A DNA stretch of 64,000 nt from Octopus bimaculoides (GCF_001194135.2 NC_068981.1:101697939-101761938); one strand, 5' to 3'. Counted from the first letter of the stretch, positions 26,760-39,751 are shown. Translations and numbers: made by a program. The notes: generated by a model from the sequence alone, not told the origin.

Positions 26760-27628
26760 TTTTATTCTGTCTTCGTCAATAGTTTTGAATTACATTTGTT
26801 TGCTTGAGCCCTAATTCCCCACAAATTTTGTGGGTGCTGCTGATATGCGAAGTTTTCAGTTATCATTAAAGGCACGAAACTATGTATTAATATTTTGGTT
26901 GATAACTGAAGAAGTATTATGGTCCTTCTGTATCTGTCCTATGTGTACATTTTTTAGTATTTATTGCATTTTTCATTTATTGAGTAACTGAATGCAACAC
27001 ATCCTGACTTTTGTTAACAGTAAGTTTTTATATATATTTTTTTGACTATCTTCTTTCTTTCTCTCTCATTCTCATATTCCTTTTCTAGCACCCCAACTTC
27101 CTCTCTCACCCTCTTACTCATAATTGTAGACTTTCTCCCTTTCTTCCTTCCCTGTTCTCTCTGCCACTCTCTTTCTCCCTCTCTCTCATCTTCCTTCCCC
27201 TCTGTCTACTGCCCACATGTGACTTGTGACTAATTTTCCCCATCTCTTTGCCTCTTGCCACTGGACACTTAGCTTGCTGGTCAATATCTATCTCCTCACT
27301 GGCTATTTCTCTTTCTATATCCATTCGAGATTTCCTCTAGGCATTACACATCATTTTCGTCTGTTTGGCCGAAAGGCTGTATGTATTCTGTTTTCATAAA
27401 TCATTTAAAATTATATTTGTTCACTTTTGTACATCCCCTCAGTATCGTTTTGCTTGTCTGAGCTCTGCAAATTCTCTGCAAATTTTGCAGGTGCCACCAA
27501 TATGTGAAGTTCTCAATCTTATCATTAAAGGCATGAAACATTTTGGTTGATAACTGAAGAAGAATTAGGGTCCTTCTGTGTCTGTCCTATTTGTCTGTTT
27601 TTTAGTATTTAATGCATTTTTCATTTAT

Positions 27629-27630
<2 letters not shown>
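26760..27630. repeat. Pair of about 230-bp direct repeats flanking a CT-rich segment
   Basis: ttatcattaaaggcaYgaaac...ttttggttgataactgaagaag...ggtccttctgtRtctgtcctat...ttttagtatt occurs at about 26760-26985 and 27380-27630. Confidence 0.8.
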
Positions 27631-27661
<31 letters not shown>

Positions 27662-29391
27662 NNNNNNNNNNTATATATATATATATATATATATATAGCC
27701 CAGAGTAGTACAGAATAATGGGCATATAAGTAATTAATGAATATATGCAGCCCACCTTATGGAAATAACAATCAACTTCTGTCATTCAAATTCGGATTTT
27801 TTTGAATCCTACATATTATCGTCATCGTCAGCATTTATAATCCTTAAATGCCCATTTTCCAAACCAGCATGAGTTGAATGGTTTGACCAAAGCTGGCAAG
27901 TACGAGACCTGCTCCAGGTTCTGGTTTGATTTATTTATTTATTTGTTTCTTTGTTTGTGTTTTTGAGTGTATGTGCGTAAACAGATTGACAAATAGGTAT
28001 ATATACACATATATAAGTATATAAATACTTTCTTTAAAGACATGTAACTTTCTTTTCATTCTTGATTCAGATTACTCTTTTACTCTTTTACTTGTTTCAG
28101 TCATTTGACTGTGGCCATGCTGGAGCACCGCCTTTAGTCGAGTAAATCGACCCCAGGACTTATTCTTTGGATGCCTAGTACTTATTCTATCGGTCTCTTT
28201 TTGCCGAAGCGCTATGTTACGGGGATGTAAACACACCACCATCGGTTGTCAAGTGATGTTGGGGGAACAAACACAGACACACATACACACAAACATATAT
28301 ATATATACATATATATGACAGGCTTCTTTCAGTTTCCGTCTACCAAATCCACTCACAAGGCTTTAGNNNNNNNNNNNNNNNNNNNNNNNNNNNNNNNNNN
28401 NNNNNNNNNNNNNNNNNNNNNNNNNNNNNNNNNNNNNNNNNNNNNNNNNNNNNNNNNNNNNNNNNNNNNNNNNNNNNNNNNNNNNNNNNNNNNNNNNNNN
28501 NNNNNNNNNNNNNNNNNNNNNNNNNNNNNNNNNNNNNNNNNNNNNNNNNNNNNNNNNNNNNNNNAATTTATTTTGTGTGGTTTTATTCATCATTATTGTT
28601 TATATCCATCTATACATTATATGTGTGTGTGTGTGTGTGCTTATACACATACACACACATGCATATATATGTATACAGAAACTCTGCCAAATTAGATTGG
28701 AGCCTGGTGTAGCCATCCAGTTGCACCAGTCCTCAGTCAAATTGTCCAACCCATGCTAGCATGGAAAGCGGATGTTAAACGATGATGATGATGATGATGA
28801 TGATGCCTATATATAAACACACACACACACAATCATGCATAAATTGAAATTTCAATGAATATTCCACATTTTTTCTTAACTGCTACATTTATGATATTTT
28901 AACAATTTATTTTTCTATAAATATGTTTTTCTAGAGAGAATACAGAGTTTGCAAGATATTGATGGACACACCCATCCAAATCCCAGGTACCAAGTCATTG
29001 GGACCTAAATATCAATGATTTCATATTGAGATTTTGGGCCTAGTGATTTTTGGGGTATTATTGCCATAAGGATATCCTGTGGGGAGAGGGAGTGATGACT
29101 GGCAATATAGAAGAAAGATGATCTGCATATAAGTAGATCAATACACACTGTTGATATGTGTGTGTGAGTCTCATTTTATATTTAAGTTGAAAACACTTCC
29201 TATGTTACTGCAGTGGCTTGAGTTTCATGCATAGCCTAACTCTTGAATATTTTATATTCTATATATGAGCCATAAAGGAAACTAGAACTACACTTAGAAC
29301 CACATATACTTTCTCAATTTATTTATATGTCTGTAGGGATTGAGAATAAATCACTTGAACTAGAATCTGTAAATAAAACAAATGAACTTAC

Positions 29392-29589
29392 AACCAAACT
29401 CATCGGACCCATCATAGCAGTCTTCTTCGCCATTGCAGCGTTCATATATGCTGTGATAACAGCGCCTGCTATCTGCACAGGGAACTTCTGGATAGATGCA
29501 TTTTATCTGTCTGTGAGGAGGTTGAGCGATTCTTAGAATCACTTGGTTATTGTCTGTGGTATTCCTCTTCAAACGATGCTGGATGGTAC
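29392..29589 (-). CDS. LDLa single-pass membrane protein, LDL-receptor class A exon
   Basis: Acceptor cttttattgcag and donor GTAAGT, 198 nt, phase 1-1. Encodes TIQHRLKRNTT...CIYPEVPCADSRRCYHSIYERCNGEEDCYDGSDEFG(C), with the six-Cys pattern and acidic DCxDGSDE motif of LDLa. Confidence 0.93.
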
Positions 29590-31707
29590 CTGCAATAAAA
29601 GAACGGTACAAAAATAATAAAACTTTGAAATGAATAGAATAAAGGAGAGACATAGAAGAGGCGATAGAGTAAATGAAAAGGAAAATGCAGAGAGAAAAAG
29701 AGAGACAAGAGACTGATAGAGTTTATCATTTCAAAGCTTATTTCATATTCTCATATACCCAAAGCAATTTGTATCGAAACCTTTTGTGTTTTTATTATAA
29801 AAATATATTACCTCTGCACAAACACAGATACTTTAAGAGTCCTTGTAAGCTATTTGTACAATTTGTAAGCAACATGTTAAATTTGGCTCCTTGTTGACTT
29901 CATTTCCTTTTCAAGTATCCCATATATTTGTAATACCACTTACTTGACCATGGCAACCTTCTATCAAAATGAAACTTTCTACATATGAACCCAATTATCT
30001 CTTAAGGGTTAATAGGACAAGTATTTCCCTACCTTCACAGAAATGTGTGATTTGAGGAAGATTTGACTGCTTTTTCCGGCAGGTTGAGAAACATATAATT
30101 CATCAGCATTTTCTTATTTTGCAGTTTTGGGTTCAATTCCTTCCACAAGCTTCAAGCAATTAATAGGATATCTTGGCAGAGTCCATTTCTTATATTATCA
30201 CATGCAAAAAGTGGGTCTTTCATAGATACCCAACAATCTAATAGGGTCTAAAACTAACCATCATCATTGCAACAATACATGGGTATTGTCACTGACAGTT
30301 TATAGACCTGTTTCTTCTTATAACTGTATACTCTACAAGTACTTCTGTAGTCCATTGGGCTGGTGCTTATCTCTTGGTTATCTTTCTACATAGTTGTGAC
30401 TGGTATGGTAAGAAAGCATGTGCTCATGGTTAGAGTTAGGTTTGGAACATGTCTAACTAAAATGAATGTGATCAGCCATTCCAAGGCCAATGGACAGTGC
30501 TGAAATATAGACAACTGTGTATGATAGATGATTATCAATCCATTCTGGCAATTCCTTGCTCAATTACTAGGAAACTGGCAGGAAAGCTAGCAACTACATG
30601 TTCTACAAGCAATCTTAGAAACTAGCAAAGTTGGGCGATGTGCTTGTAATAGCAATGGCTTAACTTTGAACCATGAGGTCAGTTAAATCTAGGGATGATG
30701 TTTCCATGCATTGAGATAACATAAAATGAATCTGCCAACTGGGTTTATATTCAACCAGCATCCTTCAATTTCAATAAGTCTATTGGAATTAATTAGGTGT
30801 TGTTTATCCTTCAGGATGGTTTGAGTTTTGGTAGCATCTCTGGGGTTAGGTAGGAGACCTGTATAGGCTAGGATTGAACTGCCATGTGACACTTGGCAGT
30901 GGCATGAATATGAATAACAAAGGAAAAAAAAACAAAAAAACAAGCAAAACTCTAAGGTAGCCTCTTACCATTTTGCTAAGAGCAGATGAGAAACAGATTT
31001 CTTTCTAATTAGAATACCAATTTATTGCTGATAACTTCCCCAGGAGGAATTACATTGAAAGCTAATGTGTCACACATAAATTTTGTAGTGTAACCTACTG
31101 AATTACTATTCTATAGTGTCAATCTATAATTACATCAACTCAGCTGCTCAGTTGGTCCATGTCACTATTCAGGATTGATTAGTTGATCAAATGTAGCAGC
31201 CAGTTTGCTCTTGGTGCCCAACTGTTCTGTTTCATCTGATGTTGACAAGCTTCCTCTGCTGAAACATGCAACCTAACTTCAACTCTTGTGTTTGAATAGT
31301 AGTTGAGTTGAGTTCCTCGCTGAAATGAAGTGTGGGCATGTTGAGGTGAAGTAAGAATTAAGTGGAGCTCAGTCCTATGATGACTGAAACAAGTTGCAAT
31401 ACCTACTAGTCTATGCTCCAGAACTCCAAATTTTTATGGTACAAACTTGCAACTCGTTGGCAAAAATGTGTTGATTGTAATGACACTTACTTTGATGAAT
31501 AAAATTCCTGTATTATTAAAATATATTGTGATGAATGTCATGTTTCAAAACATTGCTTACTTTGTACTCAGCCTGACACATCCTTTTATGCACTTCAGTA
31601 CAAAGGTCTTGGCCATGCAGGGGCATCATATACATACACATTATTTTATGTACTTCAGCCCCAAAACTGTGGCCATGCTGGAGTACCATATACATCTCTC
31701 TCACTCA

Positions 31708-31789
<82 letters not shown>

Positions 31790-32186
31790 CTAGTAGTAAC
31801 AGAGAAAGAGGAATTTCGATTATCCCCACGTGGTAAGTTGTAATATATATAAGAAATTTAAAAAAAGGAAAATACACACACTTTACATAGTTTTAATATA
31901 ATTTTGAATAAATTGACCGGTTTCACTTTCGCTATTCATGATATTATGGTTTACTTATATGAATATGTATTTTCTTGAGAAGAAATTTTGTCCGTGTTGT
32001 GTGATGATATTTATGAGTGAATGGCTTCACAAGTAGAAGAATAAGGGGAGGTAATTGGTTATCGTTATTATTGTTGTTGTTGTTGTGGGCAAGGGAGATA
32101 ACTGTTCAGCTTTCGGTAAGGGGAGGGGAATATATATGTGTACACACTCACACACACACACAAAAAAAAGGTGATGTAATCGTTAA

Positions 32187-33585
32187 TTGTTGTGTTTGGG
32201 GAGAGTTATTCTCTTTTAGTGCCTTATTATTTAACACACTCACCAGTAAAGTTTCCACTCATTTATTTATTTTTCCTAAACTTTTCATTGCATCTTGCAA
32301 CCTTTTCAATGGTCGTTGACTGTCCGTTATCCGAGCTGCGTTCTTTTTGTTTGTTTGTGTGCATGTGTGTGCACATACACATGTATGTATGTATGCATGT
32401 AAGTGTGTGTACATTTGTATGTATGTATTCTGCATATTCATATGCTTGTGTTTGTGTGTGTTTACGCGTGCGTGTGTGTATGTGTGTGTGTTTTTGTGAC
32501 TATATACTGTGTTTTTGTATGTATGGATGTATATATCCATTTGTGTGGATGTGTGTCTCCATATGTGTCCTTGCGTGAAGTGAAGTATGTGTATATGGTC
32601 ATGTGTTTCAGCCTTCATTTGCATATGTGTGTATGTATGTGTGCTTGTCAATTCTTATTACCTATGTACCTGTCTGTCTGTATGTCTATCTGTTTACATT
32701 CATATCCATTTGCCTACATACATGTGCATATACATTTATGTATACATATATATATATACAGACACAATAAATTTTATCCAAGCACCCAAAGGACCCAACC
32801 CTCAGACAAATACAGGAATATGTCCTCATAAATGAAACAGTACTAAATAGGAAATATACATAGTAGGTAATCATACTCTCATACTAAGAGTTTATATTTA
32901 TATACATGTAAAATAGTTAGTGGTCTGTTATGTAGATGTATGTGTGTGTATATATATATATGTATATGTACATGTATGTAGGCAAATGGATATGAATGCA
33001 AACAGATAGACATACAGACAGACAGGTACATAGGTAATATGAATAGACAAGCACACATACACATATGCAAATGAAGACTGAAACACATGACCATATACAC
33101 ACACTTGACTTCACACAAGGACACATATGGAGACACATATCCACACAACTAGAGACACACATCCATACATACAGACACAGTACATGGTCATAAAAGCCTA
33201 TACACACACTCAGACATGCACACACAAAGAGACAGAAGTACACACACACACAGACATAAAAACAGACAAACATGCAGAATACATACATACATACAAACGT
33301 ACATGCATACATAAATACATATGCACACACACTTACATGTATACATACATACATACATACATACATACATGTGTATGCGCACACACACACTGACCCACTC
33401 ACATGCGCACAAACAAACAAAAAGAACGCAGCTCAGATAATGGACAGAGTCAACGACTATTGAAAAGGTTGCAAGATGCAACAAAAATTTTAGAAAAATA
33501 AATAAGCAAATGAGTGGAAACTGAACTGGTGAGTGTGTTAAATAATAAGGCACTAAAAGAGAATGACTTTCCCCAGACACAACAA
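32187..33585. repeat. 1.4-kb foldback: two inverted copies of a microsatellite-containing element
   Basis: Left arm about 32187-32760 and right arm about 32935-33585 are reverse complements in both the outer unique block and the inner block; spacer about 175 bp. Confidence 0.92.
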
Positions 33586-33643
33586 AATATGCTTCAACAC
33601 ACAAACTCACATAAAGAATCTTGCAAACCAAATCCCAAAACGA

Positions 33644-33675
<32 letters not shown>

Positions 33676-34448
33676 CACAATGGGCTTCCACAGTTTCTGT
33701 CTACTAAATCCAGTTGCAAGATATTGGGTAACCTGGGGCTACAGTAGAAGACACTTGCCCAAGGTCCCATGTGGTGGGACTGAACCTGAAACCATGGTTT
33801 GCAAAATATGAACTTAACCACTCAGACACATGTATTTTAACTTTTTCTTTTGCAGTATTACAATATTATGATTCTTAAATCAATAGCATTAACATGCTCC
33901 AGTCACGCACATGCACACACACACACATTTCTTACTGTTTTTGGTGGTGATGATAGCAATGGGTTTGGGTGATTTGGTTAAAAGCAGAATTTCTTTTTTA
34001 ACCCATTAACTTGGGTTGCAGCAGGAGTGAAATGCTATCAAACAGCAGAAAGTGGCACTTGGTACAATACACCAGCATCAGCACCAGCATCACAACCACC
34101 ATTAACATCATCATAATTGCCTCGATGATTCTCTGAGTCCCAGTCAACTCCATTATAATGAAAGCGATTATGTTTAATGAAGCTGTTGGTGTGCCGATCA
34201 TCAGTTCACTACTATTGCTGCCACTATTGCTTGCCAACACCATTCCACCCCCACCATGACTGTCATCACCATTATTATCATCAGTACTATTGCTTCCAGT
34301 ATCACTATCACTACTTAACCATACTCATCATGAGCATATGTGAGTCAATGCGGGAGACTCTAGGTGAACCTGCTAGAAATAACAATCATATCTTCCTCAA
34401 ATCACAGTTCTCCATCTTAAAAAAGTAGAGAAACACACTGGATAGAAT

Positions 34449-35015
34449 TGTTGTTGTTGGCACTCCGTCGCTTACGACATCGAGGATTCCAGTTGATCCG
34501 ATCAACGGAACAGCCTGCTCGTGAAATTAACGTGCAAGTGGCTGAGCACTCCACAGACACGTGTACCCTTAACGTAGTTCTCGGGGATATTCAGCGTGAC
34601 ACAGTGTGACAAGGCTGACCCTTTGAAATACAGGCACAACAGAAACAAGAAGTAAGAGTTAGAGAAAGTTGTGGTGGAAGAGTACAGCAGGGTTCGCCAC
34701 CATCCCCTGCCAGAGCCTTGTGGAACTTTAGGTGTTTTCACTCAATAAACACTCACAACACCCAGACTAGGAATTGAAACTGCGATCCTATGACCGCGAG
34801 TCTGCTGCCCTAACCACTGGGCCATNNNNNNNNNNAGTTAGAGAAAGTTGTGGTGGAAGAGTACAGCAGGGTTCGCCACCATCCCCTGCCAGAGCCTTGT
34901 GGAACTTTAGGTGTTTTCACTCAATAAACACTCACAACACCCAGACTAGGAATTGAAACTGCGATCCTATGACCGCGAGTCTGCTGCCCTAACCACTGGG
35001 CCATTGCGCCTCCAC
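34449..35015 (-). mobile_element. Family A SINE nested in a family D repeat, with TSD
   Basis: 12-bp TSD actggatagaat at 34437-34448 and 35016-35027; the 5' part appears twice across the 10-N gap at 34826-34835. Confidence 0.88.
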
Positions 35016-37029
35016 ACTGGATAGAATAGCCCTACTAAAAAAAAAAAAAAGGAGAGGATTGTTTTCACAGTTGGAACACCTTCAATGATAGATCTGCTGG
35101 ATCAGGGCTAACTGATGGGAGCTAAACAAGAACTTAGTTGTCTCTGCTTTCAAAATCAAACAAATATAGTTTCCTGCTTTCTTATTTCACTCCTACCAAA
35201 CCAAAGATCAAAATTATAAAAACCGAACCCATAAAAAATATATCTTATCTCCTTCACAATTTAGCTTCAGCTTATGCCACATAAAAAGCACTCATGTACA
35301 CTTTATAAAGTGGTTGGCATTAGGAAGGGCATCAGGCTGAAGAAATCGAGCCAAAGCAAACTATGGAACCTGGTGCAGCCCCTGTCAAGCTGTCTAACCC
35401 ATGTAAACATGGTGAATGGATGTTAAACACTTCTGCTACTGATTTATATAAAATATAATCTATGTTCTCACTCAGTCTGTGAGTAATAGCAGCCAAATCT
35501 CCCTCAAATCAAAGTCAACTGTCTCAACACTTTTATGATTACATTTTTAACAAGTATATGTTGCCTTTGTGTTTTAATTTTCAAAATAATCAAGGATAAT
35601 GAGAGGCTTCGTGAAACAATTAACTTTTAACTTAATAATAAAAGACAAATGTTTTATTGATTGAAATCTAATACTATCTGTTGTATAATAGCTTCTTGCC
35701 TTGCCTCTTCAACTCCTGATAGTCACAGAGGTATTGTCGTAACATACAGTGTGTTTTAAGTATTTAAACTTGGCAAAGCACATCTCTCTTCAGACCTGAC
35801 CACAGCCAATGTCTTTGAGAGAGAGGGGGGAGAAAAAAGAGAGTGGGTGAGGAGAAAAAAGGAAAGAAAAGACTAGAAGACTTCAGTACTGAATTACTAC
35901 TTTACTTAATGACCCCAAAAGAATGAAAGGCAAAGTTGACTTCAGTGGGATTTGAAACCAGGGTGTAGAGAGCCAGAATGAATACTCTTTTACTTGTTTT
36001 AGTCATTTGACTGTGGCCATGCTGGAGCACCGCCTTTAGTCGAGCAAATCGACCCCAGGACTTATTCTTTGGAAGCCTAGTACTTATTCTATCTGTCTCT
36101 TTTTGCCGAACCGCTAAGTTACAGGGATGTAAACACACCACCATTGGTTGTCAAGCGATGTTGGGGGGACAAACACAGACACACAAACATACACACACAC
36201 ATACATATATATATACATATATACGACAGGCTTCTTTCAGTTTCCGTCTACCAAATCCACTCACAAGGCTTTAGTCAGCCCGAGGCTATAGTAGAAGATA
36301 CTTGCCCAAGGTGCCACACAGTGGGAATGAACCCGGAACCATGTGGTTGGTAAGCAAGCTACTTACCACACAGCCACTCCTGCACCTGTTTAGCATTCTC
36401 TCTGATGATCTCGTGATTCTACTCAATTTACTATCTTCAATGAACAAATTGGCAAGGTTTGAGATCTTTAATAGAAGCAGTACTGGGAAGGTTGACATTA
36501 ATTTGGTTAAAAGGAGTAACAACAGAAAAGAAGATAATGTGGTAATTCCACTGTCTGAGGAAGCAAAAACAAAATAAGTCAGATGGTTACAGCCTGAACA
36601 TGACTGATCATGTGTGTTCAACCAGGACCTGTCTTAAGAGGAACAACAACAAGAACGACAAGAATTCAGTAAGATTAACTAAGAGTGGATGTTCTGAGTT
36701 GGTAGAAATCAATAAAATGAGTAGGAAAAAAATAGAGAGAAGAAAAAGAGATAATTAAAGAATGAGAAGAGAATTTCAAAACCTCAGACACCGGAAGAAC
36801 TCCAAATATTTTATCTAAATATAGGGCTCTGTCTTAACTAGAAATATTTAGAGATTTTCACCTCCTTGTGGAAAACTTAACATATATCAACTCTCTCTCT
36901 CTCTATATATATATATATTTACATTTTTCCTGAATGTCCAATACATACAATAAAACCAATACATTTTGTTTGTTGTTCCTTCACCTGCCTGTCTTTTGTT
37001 TTTTGTACATCTGAATCATATATTCCATA

Positions 37030-39365
37030 TATCATCATCATTTAATGTCCGTTCTCCATGCTGGCGTGGGCTAGATGGTTTAAACGGGGCTGGCAAGCTG
37101 GAAGGTTGCACCAGACTCCAGTCTGATTTGACATGGTTTCTACAGCTGATGAAAGCCATTCCTAACACGAACCACTCCGAGAGTGTAATGGGTGCTTTTA
37201 CATGCCACCAGCATAGTTGCCATTTGTGTGACACCAGTATTTGCCATGACTGTGATTTTGATCAGCTTGATGGGTCTTCTCAAGCACGACATAATGCCAA
37301 AGGTCTTGGTCATTGCCTCCGTGAGGCCCAAAACTTGAAAGGTGCTTTTTACGTGCCAGTTATATGTAACAGCAGCATTGACCACAACTATGATTTCACT
37401 TGGCTTGACAGGTCTTCTCAAGCACAGCATATTGCCAAAGGTCTTGGTCACTAGTTATTGTCTCTGTGAGGCCCAAAGTTCAAAGATCATTCTTCAGTAC
37501 ATTGTCCCATGTCTTCCTGAGTCTACCTCTACCACAGGTTCTCTCCACAGTTAGAGATCGGCACTTCTTTACAAAGCTGTCCTTGTCCATAAACATCAAA
37601 TGACAATACCAGTGCAGTCGTCTCCCTTGCACACCGCATCTAATGCCTCTTATGTCTAACTTTTCTCTCAAGATGCTTACACTCAGTCAAACATGCTTAC
37701 CGACATTGCAAATCCAGCGAAGCATACTGGCTTCATTTCTTTCAAGTCTACACATGTCTTCAGCTGTCATAGCCCATGTTTCACTGCCATGTAACATAGC
37801 TGTTTGCACACAGAAATCATACAATCTGCCTTTCACTCTAAGAGATAGGCCCTTTATTGCCAGAAGAAGCAGGAGCTCTCTGAACTTTGCCCAGCCTATT
37901 CTTATTCTCACAGCTACGGTCTTGGAGCATTCACGTCCACTACTAACTTGGTCACCTAGATAACAGAAGCTATCTATTACCTCTAGCTTACTTCACTAGC
38001 AGTTGGAGTCTATTTTCTATACATTTTCAGTGTTTATTGTACCCATGTACCTTCTACATACAAAAGCTATTTTCACTGTTAACTTTCCTCTGATATTACT
38101 GCACCTTTTGTGTGTCTAAAGCTTACACCGGATACATTTTATGGAGTTTATAGCTACACCTTTTCTACAGATTGAGCAGGGCCATCTACTGGAAGGGATT
38201 TGTGATTTGTTTGCTTTCCTACTTACTAAGACTTTGGTTTTTGGTAGGTTAACTCTAAGGCCCTTCAATTCTAGACCTTGCTTCCATATCTGGAACTTCT
38301 TCTCTAGTTCTGGTACTGATTCAGCAATAAGAACAAGGTCATCAGCATAGAGGAGTTCCCAGAGGTAGCCTGTCTCAAATTCTACTGTTATTGCCTGGAA
38401 GACTATGATGAACAAGAAGGGGGTGGGGGTGGGGTGGGGGTCTGAGCACTGATCCTTGGTGAACCCCTACTTGTATCCTGAATTCTTTGCTGTACTTGTT
38501 GCCAACCTTCACCTTACTGGTAGTGTCCTTGTACAAAGGCTTTTTCCAAGTCAACAAAAGCCAAGTACAGAGGTTTATCTCTGGCTAGGTATTTCTCCTG
38601 CAGCTGCCTTACCAGAAATATGGCATCTCATCTAGGCTGACTCTCTCCTTAATCAGTTGGGCTATGACTCTCTTCGTAACTTTCATCACCTGATCCAACA
38701 ATCTGATACCTCTGTAATTATTTCTATTTAAGGCATCACCTTTACCTTTGTAGCAGTTGACTAAGGTACTGCTACACCAGTCATTGGGTATGACTCCTTT
38801 GTGAACCACCTGATTTACAGTACAGGTGACTAGACCATATTTTAAGCATCTCAGCAGTGATTCTCGAAGGGTTGGGGGCTTTCCCTCTCTTCATATCCTT
38901 AATCACTTTATCTAGCAAGGTACTATAGATTTGCATAGCTAGTCCCTCATTTGGGTCAACATTTGGTAGATTCTCCTCCTCCCATTCACTCTCCATGTTC
39001 AGCAGTCTTTCATAATGACATTTCCAAGCCTCTTTCTTTGCAGAATCATTAAATGCAAGTGCACCATTATCCATGTAGACACATTTCTCTCCTATGACAT
39101 CACAATTTTCTCTCAGATACTGTCTTGTAATCCAAAACACTTCAGTTCTTTAGTCCTCATGTCATTGAACATAGGCAAACTACTTCTTTTCTGCTTCTCC
39201 CTTGGGTAGCTATACCTGTCTCTTAGTTTCCCTTCTGGCTATTTGATACAGTTCCCTGCTACCCCCACTCTTCCAGGCCTGTTTCTTTGCTCTAATGGCC
39301 TTGTCTACAGCGTCGTTCCACCACCATGTCACCCTAGGTTTGGATGGGACTTTGCACCAGCTGCA
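37030..39365 (-). mobile_element. 5'-truncated, degenerate RTE-clade LINE (RT, C-terminus and 3' UTR)
   Basis: WWWND, CYKGKGDALNRNNYRGIRLL, VGVHQGSVL, ELLYADDLVLIA, RIRIGWAKFREL, RRLHWYCH...GRGRLRKTW in colinear frameshifted ORFs; ends in the shared tail at 37030. Confidence 0.95.
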
Positions 39366-39377
39366 AATATATGTATA

Positions 39378-39712
39378 TATGGCTCAGTGGTTAGAGTGTT
39401 GGGCTCACAATCATGAGGTAGTGGATTTGATTCCCAGACTGGGCTGTGTGTTGTGTTCTTGAGCAAGACACTTTATTTCATGCTGCTCCACTTTACTCAG
39501 TTGTAGAAATGAGTTGTGACATCACTGGTGCCAAGCTGTATCAGCCTTTGCCTTTCCCTTGGATAACATCACTGGTGTGGAGAGGGGAGGCTGGTATGCA
39601 TGAACGACTGCTGGTCTTCCATAAAACAACCTTGCCTGGACTTGTGCCATGGAGGGGAACTTTCTAGGTGCAATCCCACGGTCATTCATGACCAAAGGGG
39701 TTCTTTACCCTT
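39378..39712 (+). mobile_element. tRNA-derived SINE, family E
   Basis: tggctcagtggttagag (A box), tgtgttcttgagcaagacact block and a distinct 3' body; inverse copy at about 43423-43721. Confidence 0.85.
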
Positions 39713-39714
39713 AC

Positions 39715-39751
<37 letters not shown>

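Noticed and set aside
29327-29536. Hydrophobic plus-strand ORF
   Set aside because: Antisense to the LDLa exon.
32192-33691. Many 60-170 aa ORFs rich in CVCV, YIYI or HTHT (also 11.8, 24.9, 46.6, 53.8 and 54.4 kb)
   Set aside because: Translations of dinucleotide and tetranucleotide microsatellites.
33998-34320. D/N/S/G-rich protein-like reading and a hydrophobic ORF on the minus strand
   Set aside because: Best explained as decayed GAT/GGT/AAT trinucleotide repeats; needs a frameshift and has no convincing splice sites.
34836-35005. Exact duplicate of the SINE 5' part
   Set aside because: Identical sequence on both sides of a 10-N gap indicates a contig-overlap assembly artefact.
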